From positions 1,364,001 to 1,428,000 of the forward strand of contig BROI01000001.1 of NCBI GenBank assembly GCA_027923505.1: a DNA stretch of 64,000 nucleotides, given 5' to 3'. The DNA comes from Mayamaea pseudoterrestris (Eukaryota). Numbering within the stretch: position 1 is the first letter of the stretch; the number at the start of each line of letters is the position of its first letter. Below, piece by piece: positions 33,635 through 44,152 of this stretch. Both the position numbers and the translations under genes were made by a program. The notes beneath the pieces are model-generated. The model worked only from the letters and a program-made list of their open reading frames with translations, had not been told where the DNA came from and searched no databases.

Positions 33635-33988
33635 CATGGCATATGTCATGTGCCATGCCATCGCTTGATACTCATGCTGCTTTTTTCAAGCAAACAGTCT
33701 TGCTGCATTCCGTATTTAGTTATTGTTTGGCATTGGAAGTGTCAAGCTCTCCAATCTGCGAACATGAAGAAAGTACAGTAGGTGCGCAGACTTGTATCAG
33801 CCTCTACTTGTTCCCTTTAAAAGTGCTTCTAATGTAAATGACGCAAAAGATACATAACATAAAACTCTTTGTCTCTATTATATGACTCGAGTAGCTAGCA
33901 AAGTGCTATTGACTACTCTGACAAAGCCCAATCCTTTATACAATTCGGACCTCAATCTCTTTGTACATGCAGCACCATCGCCGCTAAT

Positions 33989-34429
33989 TCAACAAGTAGT
34001 CTTGTCGGATATACTTGGCATGCGCGGCAAATTCAATGTTCGCGACACTGACGATTGCGGGCTCCGTCGCAAACCAGCAAAAGGTCGGCCGAGTGGAGGC
34101 TTGCTTCGTTTGGCCTCCATGAAGAAGCCCCATCCGTTCGAGTCAACATGGTCCTCCATCTGACGCAATCGAGAGTGATTGTCACTGTCATCGACTTGAA
34201 CCAAATCTTGCAGACACATGATGGACTCTCGCTTGCGCAGCTGCTGCCGACTGATGGATCGACTTTGTTGATGCACGGGCGACTTGCGCAGCTGCTCGAG
34301 CGTTTCCAAGGCTTGCTGATACTCAAAGTCCTCCACGTCGCTCATGCTCGAGCTGCTGGAGAGTGAAGTTGTACTTCCAAAGTCGGTAACGTTGCCGTCT
34401 TCGTTGCAGCTACTCATGTGAAAGCTCAT
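33989..34429 (-). CDS. Small hypothetical low-complexity protein
   Basis: ATG-initiated 146-aa ORF, Ser-rich, with a WGFF motif seen in small diatom proteins. Positioned as a gene between intergenic spacers. Confidence 0.55.
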   Translation of the reverse strand: MSFHMSSCNEDGNVTDFGSTTSLSSSSSMSDVEDFEYQQALETLEQLRKSPVHQQSRSISRQQLRKRESIMCLQDLVQVDDSDNHSRLRQMEDHVDSNGWGFFMEAKRSKPPLGRPFAGLRRSPQSSVSRTLNLPRMPSISDKTTC

Positions 34430-35020
34430 GCTGTAAAAGGAATCTGATGTGATTCTTGATGGAAGGAGGCTTTGTATGATTGTATGACGAGGGAGGAATC
34501 AAGCGAAGCGATAGACAATAGGAAGGTTGTAGTCAATCTATCGAAACAGTATGCGTTTCGTCTCTTTCGCTTGGAAGCTCGTTAAAATAATAGCAGGAGG
34601 AGGAGATCGGAGACAATCCAGAGACATCAACCAAGCAATGCCATCGACGCGATGATGCGCCTCGGCCTGTTTCTTCGCCTCGTGGTTGAAACCGCTGGCT
34701 CCGAGCCATCGACTACACTCTGCGAGATACTCGCAAGTGGGTTCGGAACCTGTGACGAACGTCGGCCTGCTTCGCGTCGATGCAAGGTGTCAAACAGTGA
34801 CGACGCGGAGGTTCCGGTTTTTCCGTCCGTGCGTCAGAATGGTGACGCACGTGTGACTGAAAACCGGAGACTGACGCACGAACGTGGGACACGGTGCGAC
34901 GTGAGGAACTTGAAGATGGTGACCATGACAAATCCGACTTTCGAGGCAGCTGCTGAGTGATGATTGGGCATCGTTGCAGTGAGATTCGTCCAAACGAAAC
35001 TCCATCTTTGCTTACTCTGC

Positions 35021-36121
35021 ATGCTTGCTAGCATTCTAGCAATTCGAGTTGGAGGTTTTGCTGTTCATCGGGGCGTAATTCCGCTTCGTTTCGTCGTCAC
35101 CATGCCACCTCGCCGATCCGCTCGACTGTCAGGGGGTTCATCAAGCGATGATCTTGATAGTGATACTCTATTCAACAAAGTGGAGCACAAGCCAAGAAGA
35201 AAGAGAAACGTTTCTACCCTTAACAAGAAGCAAAAGATTGAAGATTCATCAGCAGCGTTGACAAGCGGTGTCATCTCCGAAACCGAAACAGCCGACAGCA
35301 GCACCTCATCATCATCGTCTACCTCAACACTCGATTCCTACTGCTTGCCTCGGACGCGTGAGTCAAGTCTACTACTCGCCAAGAAGTACACGCATGTGAT
35401 TGGTATTGACGAAGCCGGTCGAGGTCCATTGGCTGGACCCGTGGTGGCAGCCGCCGCTTACGCACCCATTAACGTTGGCGGCATTGTCGACAGCAAGAAA
35501 ATAACAAAGGAAAGTGAGCGAGAGCGACTATACGAGGAAATTACTCATGCGGATAGTCAAGCACATTGGGCTGTAGCAGTCGTTTCGGCGGCGCGCATTG
35601 ACGAAATCAACATTTTGCAAGCAACCTTGGAAGCCATGACCATGGCGGCAACGGCGCTAGTTGCTGCGAAAGAAGATGCCACTGTTTACCAGGAATGGGC
35701 GAGTATTGAGCATGACGGCTGCTACGTGGTACGGAGTCGATGCGAAACAGTTGCAGCAGCCGTTGGAGCGAGCACTACAACGTTGTCGACTGGCGCACTG
35801 CCACGCGAAACCACCATTGCCTTGATTGACGGAAACCAACTTCCACCACGCATGCCGATTGCAGCCGAATCCATTGTCAAGGGTGACTCCAAGGAGTATT
35901 GTATCGCCGTGGCAAGTATATTGGCAAAGGTGACGCGAGATCGACTCATGAATGCGTACGCCACAAAATTTCCAATCTACAACTTTGCGCAGCACAAGGG
36001 ATATCCAACCAAGGCGCACAAGGAGGCCATTGCCAAGCATGGAGCGATTGCGATTCATCGACGGACATTTGCGCCATTAAAGTACATGGATTTTGGTAAT
36101 GGAGTGTCAAACGCAACGTGA
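35021..36121 (+). CDS. rnhB: Ribonuclease HII, bacterial type, possibly organelle-targeted
   Basis: Motifs GIDEAGRGPLAGPVVAAA, DSKK, IDEINILQAT, IDGN, IVKGD..., ASILAKVTRD and HKGYPT..H. The start could alternatively be 35102. Confidence 0.92.
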   Translation: MLASILAIRVGGFAVHRGVIPLRFVVTMPPRRSARLSGGSSSDDLDSDTLFNKVEHKPRRKRNVSTLNKKQKIEDSSAALTSGVISETETADSSTSSSSSTSTLDSYCLPRTRESSLLLAKKYTHVIGIDEAGRGPLAGPVVAAAAYAPINVGGIVDSKKITKESERERLYEEITHADSQAHWAVAVVSAARIDEINILQATLEAMTMAATALVAAKEDATVYQEWASIEHDGCYVVRSRCETVAAAVGASTTTLSTGALPRETTIALIDGNQLPPRMPIAAESIVKGDSKEYCIAVASILAKVTRDRLMNAYATKFPIYNFAQHKGYPTKAHKEAIAKHGAIAIHRRTFAPLKYMDFGNGVSNAT

Positions 36122-36370
36122 CAAACGACGATGTCATTGTTGCCTGGAGCCCCCTGTGGATTATTGGTGCCACTATTGATGCCAGTTAATTGCAGCAGAC
36201 AAGAAGAAGGAGCAGTTACGAAAAGCACGACAGGACGATGACGATGCTGATTCGAATAGTTACTAATTAGTGAAATTGTTAATATGCATGCGTTTGCTTC
36301 ATTCCATCCTTTTGCTGGTAATAGCATGAAACATCGATAGGGCTATGCAGCATCTACTTTAGCTATGTAA

Positions 36371-37935
36371 CTAGTTGAGTCGACATCTTCCACCCTGGCA
36401 GTTCTTCAGTCGAGTTAGTCTCTGCCTTAGAATTCGTTTTGGCGCGCCTCGCAACTCGTTGGCTCGATTGTCGAGCTGCCATGGGTCCGTTGCGAGGTCA
36501 TAGTACTCCACAAAGTTTTCATCGTCGTCAAATTCGCAGTACATGGAGTTGGTTGCATCATTGCGGATGGTTCTTACGCAATGGTACGTATTGTTGAGGG
36601 CATCTACATTGCCATTGCCATACAGCCCAGTGATCGCATTGCCTTCGCCAAAGTATGAGACGAGAAAGTCGGATCGCCAGGGCTTGGCAGCAAGCTCGTT
36701 TCGTTGGGCGGGCAAGAGTGGGAGGAAGGATCTTCCGTCCATCATGACTGCCGCCGCTTCCGATCCAGTCGCAAGTTCCGCAATTGTCGGAGCCAAATCA
36801 ATGTTGAGTACAATGTTGCCGTTGATAGCATTCTTGGGCACCCCTGGTCCACGAACAATCATGGGTACTCGAATATCGTGCTCATACAAATGCCTCTTGT
36901 CATTAGTAAGCCGATGTTGTCCAAGCTGATAACCATTGTCGCTCGTGAAAATGATGATGGTGTTGTCTAGCTGGTTCAGCCGCTTTAGCTCCGCAATAAA
37001 TGTGGCAACATGTCGGTCAACGGATTGCAGCATTTCCTGTCGGCATCGAAACGCACCATCCACTGCGTTTGCCATGCCTCCGTTCAAAGCTCGCTTTTGC
37101 CGCAGCAGCCAGTGCTTTTGAGCATTCTGTTCCGCGGTTGCATTCCAGTTTGGCGTTCGCGGCGCTTGACGGCCAGAAAACTTTCTTTATCCTGCGGGGC
37201 TGGTGCACAAGGTGCATGTGGTGCCGGCCACGCCGCGACGATTAAGAATGGCTCCTCCTGCTGCGAAAAGGTGCGAATGGAGCGAATCGTCATGTTGGCG
37301 ACCACATCCGAAAAGTAATCATCTTCGTAAGACATTCCATACTGCTTAACGTAAACATTTCCATCCGTTCCGTTTCGATTGATAGTCAGACAGTTGTAGT
37401 AGCGGCTATTGCCGATCAAACCCATCCATCGATCCCATCCGGGAGGCACAGGACAGTCCTTCTCACCAGCATTTTTACGACAAGCGTACTGATTGAGGTA
37501 CTTTCCGGCGTACGCCGTCTGATAGCCAGCCTTTTGCGCAATGACAGCAAACGTCTTTTTTTCAGTGTTGGCCCTCCAAGCGGTTCCGTAGCAATTCCCG
37601 TCAATTGAATTGTCAGTCATTGCCATGTTGTGTAGATAACGCCCACTCAATATGCTGGCACGACTCGGACAGCAAACTGGCGTATGAACGAAAAAGTTGT
37701 TGAAGGTTGTCCCTTGCTTGGCCATGAGCTGTCGAAGGCGAGGCATGTACTTTGTTCCTTCCAAGACAACATCCTGATCGTCAGTAAGAAGCAACAGGAT
37801 ATTGGGGCGGCGAGTACTGCTGCTCTGGGCGTGCGCTTGAATACTTAGAAGGATGAGCCAATACGTAATTATTGTTGAAAGACTGCTGCCTCGCCCATTG
37901 AGTCTATTGCCGCGATTGGAAATTGACTTGGGCAT
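36371..37935 (-). CDS. Secreted N-acetylglucosamine-6-sulfatase-like arylsulfatase with a 1-nt frameshift near 37177-37180
   Basis: Motifs RPNILLLLTDDQD, CCPSRASILSGRY.HN, GKYLN and PAPHAP in the first frame. APRTPNWN, KHWLL, SVD, FTSDNGYQLGQH, DKR..YEHDIRVP and YYDL..DPWQL.N in the second frame. Confidence 0.88.
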
Positions 37936-38339
37936 GGATGGGCCTCGTATTGCTCACGTCGCTGCAATGTCGTAGCTGTTAATGCAATTGGTTATTGCTG
38001 GAAAGAATTATTCCGTGTCAGCATCAACACTGCAATGGACAGAGGCGGCGCATTTTACTAGGAGGATGGAGGTACGTTGACAAAATCGGCGACTACGGAG
38101 AAATATCAAACTGCGAGAAATACTCCGAATTTCAAAAGATTTGCGGTATTCATTCGTGCATATAGGACACAATTTCTCACAGTCAGTCAATTATCATAAT
38201 ATCGCAGCAGGTGCATGAGCTTGCACCTTGTCAAGCATCAAGGGTTTATCTACCAGAAGTCCAGTGTTGTCTGCTGCACATGAAATGATGTAGGCACCAA
38301 TCTGATTAATTTGGTTGTGAACAAAGCTTATTGTATGAG

Positions 38340-38712
38340 AATTTGAATCTCAGAGCAGCATCTGTGGTCTTCTCACCAGTCACATTGCAGTCTACTGAGA
38401 CACTAGCCAAGCAAACCATCTTGTAGCGCATCCATTTCAAATTGATGTTGGCACCATACTGGTTGGTGTGATTTGGGCATACCGGTACACATGGCTCAAT
38501 GTATGGACATTTGAATGTCAAGGCATCTGCGGGCTGAGAGCTAAGACTGGTGACAAGTTGTCACCAATCACATTGCAGTCTACTGAGACACTAACCAAGC
38601 ATACCATCTTGTAGTGCATGCTTATTAATGATGGTGGCGCCATTCTGGTGTAATTTGGGTGTATACATGGCTTGCTGTAGGGGCCTTTGAATGTCAAGGC
38701 ATCTGCGGGCTG
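38340..38712. repeat. Degenerate tandem repeat, about 2.2 copies of roughly 170-190 bp, CpG-poor
   Basis: CACATTGCAGTCTACTGAGACACTA at 38381 and 38569; TTGAATGTCAAGGCATCTGCGGGCTG at 38511 and 38687; degenerate copy at 38343. Confidence 0.85.
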
Positions 38713-38934
38713 CGCCCCATGCCCTGGCCACTCAACGACCCAATGAGTCAGGCAAAACCTGTTCAGGGTATGCCATTGACAGGTGCAGAGTCTCAAATGG
38801 TGCACAAAAGATTGCCATGCTTGCCGGTCCGGTCCGACTTTTATTTTCACGGTGCGCGCAATCCATCTTGTATGCCGGTCCGACATGCATAACATCAAAA
38901 CCATTATTTGAACGCTCATTGTATAAACAGCAGA

Positions 38935-40149
38935 ATGAAGCAGATACAATGGCAATATGCCTTGATATTTACATGCTCTTCGTGTTCAAGTAGTAGTCGA
39001 GCGTTAGCGTTCTCATCGCTAATGCCCAAGACAATTGTATTTCGATCTCGATCAAGCAATCATCAGGCGACGATTCGATTGGCGGCAGCTGCAGCAAGCT
39101 CATCTTCTTCACTATCACAAGTGACTACTACTAGTACAACTCCATCATTTTCTTTTGAAGACTTTGTTACATTCTTGGAAGAAAAGCAGACGGCCATCAT
39201 TCACGATTTGGAAGAATTGGAAGAAGGCGCGGCAACCTTTTCCAACGACCCATGGGGTGCGTATTGCAATGAAAATGCCACGATCCAAACTGATGATTCA
39301 TCGACACGCAGCGGAGGACGGACGCGCGTCATGCAAGGCGGCAACGTGGTTGAAAAGGGCGCCTGCAGCTTGACCGTCATTCGGAATGGCACGCTGACGG
39401 CGGAGCGCGCCGCTGCCATCAGTGGTCGCCAAACAACAACGTCATCCAACGCTACTGTAGCAGCTGGATCTAGCTATTGCGCCGCCGCACTCAGCATGGT
39501 GCTGCACAGCAAGTCACCCATGGTGCCAACCTTTCGGTCCGATGTCCGCGTCTTTTGCGTCGCGACGCCAGACAATGGCGAAGTGGCGTGGTTTGGTGGA
39601 GGTGCCGACCTGACGCCCTACTACTTGATGGAGGACGACGTACGCTTCTTTCATAATATATACAAACACTTGTGCGATTACTACAGTAACAATACCACGA
39701 AAGGAGAAAACGACAACCGATACGACTACGCCAACATGAAAAAGGCCTGCGACGACTACTTTTACTTGCCGGCGCGGCAGGAGCATCGAGGCACCGGCGG
39801 CATTTTCTACGACGACTTGACAGCGACACCAGACTCGCTCGCCTTTACGAAACAAGTCGTTGCGTCGTGGATGCCGTCGTGGATACCCATTGTCCAAAAG
39901 CGCCGACAAATGAACTATACAAGTGACGAAAAGTACTGGCAAATGCTGCGGCGGGGTCGCTACTTGGAGTTCAATCTCTTGTACGACCGGGGCGTCAAGT
40001 TTGGTTTAATGACGGCCAATCCTCGCGTCGAGGGAGTCATGGTGTCCGCTCCGCCGCAGATTGCCTTCGAGTACAATCATGTGGTGGCAGCTGGTAGTCG
40101 CGAGGAAACGCTCATGCAAGTGCTCAAGTCACCGAGAGAGTGGGTGTAG
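38935..40149 (+). CDS. hemF: Oxygen-dependent coproporphyrinogen III oxidase, plastid presequence
   Basis: Motifs GG.TRV.QGG.V.EKG, SMVLH..SP.VPT, WFGGGADLTPYY, K..CDDYFYLP.R.EHRG.GGIF.DD and RRGRYLEFNLLYDRGVKFGL. N-terminal ALA-F. Confidence 0.93.
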   Translation: MKQIQWQYALIFTCSSCSSSSRALAFSSLMPKTIVFRSRSSNHQATIRLAAAAASSSSSLSQVTTTSTTPSFSFEDFVTFLEEKQTAIIHDLEELEEGAATFSNDPWGAYCNENATIQTDDSSTRSGGRTRVMQGGNVVEKGACSLTVIRNGTLTAERAAAISGRQTTTSSNATVAAGSSYCAAALSMVLHSKSPMVPTFRSDVRVFCVATPDNGEVAWFGGGADLTPYYLMEDDVRFFHNIYKHLCDYYSNNTTKGENDNRYDYANMKKACDDYFYLPARQEHRGTGGIFYDDLTATPDSLAFTKQVVASWMPSWIPIVQKRRQMNYTSDEKYWQMLRRGRYLEFNLLYDRGVKFGLMTANPRVEGVMVSAPPQIAFEYNHVVAAGSREETLMQVLKSPREWV

Positions 40150-40315
40150 GTGGTGCTATTGACGCTGCGGCTGTCATGTATAGTGCCATTGTATTCGTCA
40201 AAACTGGGCGTAGCCGATACATGGAATGTGCCATAGCACGCAATACTGTATCGTGCTAATAAAATTTTGTTGCGCTATACAACGAGTATTGTACATGCAG
40301 CTGCTACCACAGAGT

Positions 40316-41614
40316 TTAACTTTGCTTTTGGTATAGTAAGGCGTTGAGCTTGGCCACGTTCACCATTGTACCCATGCCGTTCCAAGGCAGCAAGTCAATG
40401 TCTTCTGGCACAATGTCTAGATTCTTCATCAAGGCAATCTTCTTTTTAAAGGCAGTTTTTCCAGGTTGCGCCAGTTTCGAGTACCAACTGTAGGCTCGCT
40501 GCGTGCGCGCCTTGTCGGAATTGTCCACTGGCTTTGGTGCTTGCGCCGCGGCAGCCTCTTCGTCCTTTTTGCGTTGAATCTTTAGTTTCGCTTCCGCCTC
40601 CTCGGCGGCAATGCGTAATCGAATTTGTTCCTGCCGCTGCTTTCGGTCCTCCTGCATCTTTTGACGAGCCTTTTCCAATGTTTGCTTGCGAGTATCTTCC
40701 TCCTGCTGGCGTTTCTCCTTTTCCTTCATTCGTTGGGCTTCGTCAGCCTTTTTGGCTTCGCCGACAATGTCCAGACTCTCCTCCTCGAGTACAATTTCTG
40801 GTGGATTTGTTCCTCCGCCGATGCGATTTCGTAGCGTGTGATTAGCAGTTGGATTCAACTTGCCAATGGGTTCTTTGCCATTTGCATATGGCTTGACCAA
40901 TTGACTAGAGCTGCGGTTAATGTCACTACTCTGCGACCGCGTTGGTTTACTATACGTGGTTGTGATTGCGTCGTGCGCCGACGCCGCCCGCATATCCGCC
41001 AAGTCGCTGCTCTTGCTGCGCACGTTTCCGTTCACCAAAACATCACTCCGCTTGGCCGCTCGTCGTTTAGCCCGCTCCTCCTTTTCCCGCAGACGCTCCG
41101 TTGACATTAATTCGCTGCTCAAGTCACCCGTGCTGCGCGTGGACATGCGATCCTTGATTTTCTTTTTCAGTTTCGGCGTCGTTGGCGTTGGCGTGACGCC
41201 GTCCGTTTCCTCGTCGCGCGCCCGGAGTCGCCGACGCTCCTTCTCCAGTTGCTTGCGCTCCTCGGCCAACTTGAGTCGCTCTGCCTCCAATTTTTGTCGC
41301 TCCGTCTGCAGCAACTGTCGCTCGGCGCCGTAGAGTTCATTGTTGCTATTGCTGTTGTTAACGGCTCCCCCGGCAACGCCACCCGACTTGGTGCTCTTGC
41401 TGCGAGGTGCGACGGAAACGGATGCGTCCGTGAAGACGTGAAAGGTGTCGCCGCTACTGTCCGTGAGACTGGAGCAGTCTTGCTCGTCGTCGTCGTCCGC
41501 TTCGGATGGGTCCATGGTGGGCAGCAAGCCTTTGGAATGATTGTTGGCAGCATCCGGCATGTGAGTTGATCTACTGCTGAGAATGGTCGTGTTTTCCATG
41601 GAATCACCAATCAT
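40316..41614 (-). CDS. Hypothetical coiled-coil protein with compact C-terminal domain
   Basis: 432-aa ORF with E/K/R coiled coils and C-terminal RAYSWY.KLAQP....K..I......I..EDIDLLPW. Confidence 0.72.
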   Translation of the reverse strand: MIGDSMENTTILSSRSTHMPDAANNHSKGLLPTMDPSEADDDDEQDCSSLTDSSGDTFHVFTDASVSVAPRSKSTKSGGVAGGAVNNSNSNNELYGAERQLLQTERQKLEAERLKLAEERKQLEKERRRLRARDEETDGVTPTPTTPKLKKKIKDRMSTRSTGDLSSELMSTERLREKEERAKRRAAKRSDVLVNGNVRSKSSDLADMRAASAHDAITTTYSKPTRSQSSDINRSSSQLVKPYANGKEPIGKLNPTANHTLRNRIGGGTNPPEIVLEEESLDIVGEAKKADEAQRMKEKEKRQQEEDTRKQTLEKARQKMQEDRKQRQEQIRLRIAAEEAEAKLKIQRKKDEEAAAAQAPKPVDNSDKARTQRAYSWYSKLAQPGKTAFKKKIALMKNLDIVPEDIDLLPWNGMGTMVNVAKLNALLYQKQS

Positions 41615-42451
41615 GTAGATTGTAGTCTGTAGGCTGTATGTGGTATCGAATGGAGTATTCTTGCTGAATGTTTAGCGAATGCGTCTAACAATGATCAATA
41701 AACTGATGCAATGAGATAAATGAGAATGACTCGAGAGGAATTTTTTCGTGCTGCAGCCAGGGAGCCAAAACTTTGAGAAGTTGAATCAGAAGAGTCTTTC
41801 GTTTTTGCTTTGCTGAATATATGATGGACCAAGTCGAACTGGGTCTACTGTTGCAGAGTTATGCAGGTTTTGGTTCAAGATTCTAGAAAACGGAAACCGA
41901 GCTGCCTCGACTAACCAAAGAGTTTAAAGAATTCCTTAATAGCTTCTTCTGATTCTTTCTAGTGCAATTACTACTCTCTCAAGTCAGCCGCTCGCCCTGT
42001 CTCTGCTCCGCTTTAGCAATGCTTGAGGCTCTTGGTTGCTCTTGGTTTGGATGACAATGGATCGATATTCATGTTGTGACGGTCGGTCACGAGATGTCGA
42101 GCATGACTCCACGAAGGTTTGGGTTGCATGTTCTACTATTGCCTGCTGACTGTTCTAGTATTGCCTGAGTCATTTGGTCCTTTCACTGGTATATGCCTTG
42201 TTCTACGATCACTCTTTGTGGCATACGCATGACTTTTTACCGCGCGACTGACGTTTGCAAAACGATTAACGAGTCATTGCGATGACTCGTTCTTTGTCGA
42301 TCTTGGTGCGACATCTTTGCGACGAGACATCTCTGCGACACGACTGCGACAATCGTCTAGCGAGCGAGCAGTTTTCCTGTCATCAACCAAGTCGTCTTTG
42401 TATATCTTCATATCCTTTCAATTTTCCTCAAGCTAGCAGTATAGTAACAGC

Positions 42452-43783
42452 ATGGGTAACTTTACTAGCTCTCCCGAACAACAGAAAGCCCGAAAGCTCA
42501 AGAAGGAATTGGAGAAACGCAAGAAAGACATGGAAACGCGCGGCGTCCTCGTTCCGCCCTCCTTTCTTCTGAACGAATCCTTGAGCATTCAAAATCGACT
42601 GCCGCTGCAGCCATCCTTGTTTGATGAGCTCTATGCGCATGACGCTTCGAATCGATTGTTTCTCGATTACATGCGACCTGGATTATGGATATCGGCGCAA
42701 GATTCGTTGCATGGAACGCGCGTGGCAGCGTCGGTGCCGTTTGATAGCAAGAGTAATCCCAACTTGAATGCATCCACCTATTTATCGTCGCTCACTGGAA
42801 CATCTTCCTTGTTTCTGATGGAACGAGTCGGAGGTAACAATACGTTGCAGTTGCGCGTCGGAAACGATTTGCAGCCAACCGTTTCGGCTAGTTACTCGTT
42901 GCTGAAAAATAACAAGTGCACCCTCTTTGGACACGTCAAACCAAACGGCTATGGCTGGACGGGAACGCACATGGAGTACACGTTGCGCGAAGATGAAAAT
43001 CAACCAACAAAGAGTATGCAGCTGTCATTGGGAACCTACGTCAAGGGACATGTTACAATGCCGCAGCAGCAGCCATACAAGTCTCCAGTGCATACCGCTC
43101 CGCTGGTGGCCGATCAAGTCACGGCGTACGCCGCTGCGCAGTTTCTAGGCATCACAGCTGCCGTGGAGACGCAAGTGCCATTGCATCACCGTCACCCAGA
43201 CTTGAGCAACGTGCTGACGCGTTCCTACGTTACCATGAACGTGGCTGGAGAAGGTCCACCGCTCCAAGTTTCATTGTCGAAAACACCATTAAATCAATCG
43301 TTGAGCATTTCGCAGGAGATTCCCTTTGATCGCTACCAGTTCAATCCTAGTGAGGATCGAGCCCCAAAGGTGCGAAACTCGTTCGCCTGGACGATCAAGC
43401 TGGAGCAGTCGCAGTCGCAAGTGGCTGGTGAAGCGGAAGCAGTAGCAGCAGCATCTACTATTATCAACACGACATCATCACTACCATCATCATCACCTCG
43501 CTTGTCCATTGGCGCTGCCTGGCAAATCAATCGCGCCGTTGGAGTCAAGACAGTGATGGATGATAGCGGCTGCACCATGGCCTTGGTGCTGCGTCGCTGG
43601 AGCCAGCCCCGACTCGCTTGCAGCCTCATTTTGCAGCACGACGCCATGATGGGAGTGGCGTTGGAGCTCGAGTCGGGGCACTTGCGGAGTGTCAACTACA
43701 TATCAGAACATGATCAAGTCGTTGGAGGAGGAGCGGATAGTGTTGCGGAAACGCGAACGACCATTCCCATGATGGAAACGTGA
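42452..43783 (+). CDS. OM47-like mitochondrial outer-membrane beta-barrel protein
   Basis: MGN start, VLVPP..., LF.DY, NP.ED, AAWQIN and W..P motifs in the order recalled for plant OM47. Many alternating amphipathic beta-strands. Confidence 0.7.
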   Translation: MGNFTSSPEQQKARKLKKELEKRKKDMETRGVLVPPSFLLNESLSIQNRLPLQPSLFDELYAHDASNRLFLDYMRPGLWISAQDSLHGTRVAASVPFDSKSNPNLNASTYLSSLTGTSSLFLMERVGGNNTLQLRVGNDLQPTVSASYSLLKNNKCTLFGHVKPNGYGWTGTHMEYTLREDENQPTKSMQLSLGTYVKGHVTMPQQQPYKSPVHTAPLVADQVTAYAAAQFLGITAAVETQVPLHHRHPDLSNVLTRSYVTMNVAGEGPPLQVSLSKTPLNQSLSISQEIPFDRYQFNPSEDRAPKVRNSFAWTIKLEQSQSQVAGEAEAVAAASTIINTTSSLPSSSPRLSIGAAWQINRAVGVKTVMDDSGCTMALVLRRWSQPRLACSLILQHDAMMGVALELESGHLRSVNYISEHDQVVGGGADSVAETRTTIPMMET

Positions 43784-44152
43784 GTGGAAATGAAACAGAG
43801 ACAATTGAGCGAACGGTGATTTTGATGGTGTCTGTAACTTTACTATATGACCGAATTAATACTTCATATGATATTCTTTGAAAGAGTTGAACGAAATCAT
43901 TGAGTAGCATGACTGCTTTAGCTATGTTAACCTTAAAAATCAGATTCACTTGGCGTTACGTGGTTGACGTTGGTGTCGAATTCGCCCAAGCGAGGAATCC
44001 TTTGCGACGACAAACGGCCATTGAGCAATCGACTTCTTGACGCTGCTCAGCTCTGATCACCACGACTACCGTAGAACGTCTCTCCGTCTTGTCGTCGTCG
44101 TCTATACCTACCTGCTTGCTTGCCTAGTCTGCTGAAATATCATAATAAAAAT

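Noticed and set aside
18230..37935. Sulfur cluster (PAPS synthase and sulfatase)
   Set aside because: They are about 15 kb apart, with no sulfotransferase or transporter and unrelated intervening genes.
22747..40149. Tetrapyrrole gene cluster (bilin reductase and hemF)
   Set aside because: The genes are 12 kb apart with many unrelated genes between them; chance proximity is sufficient.
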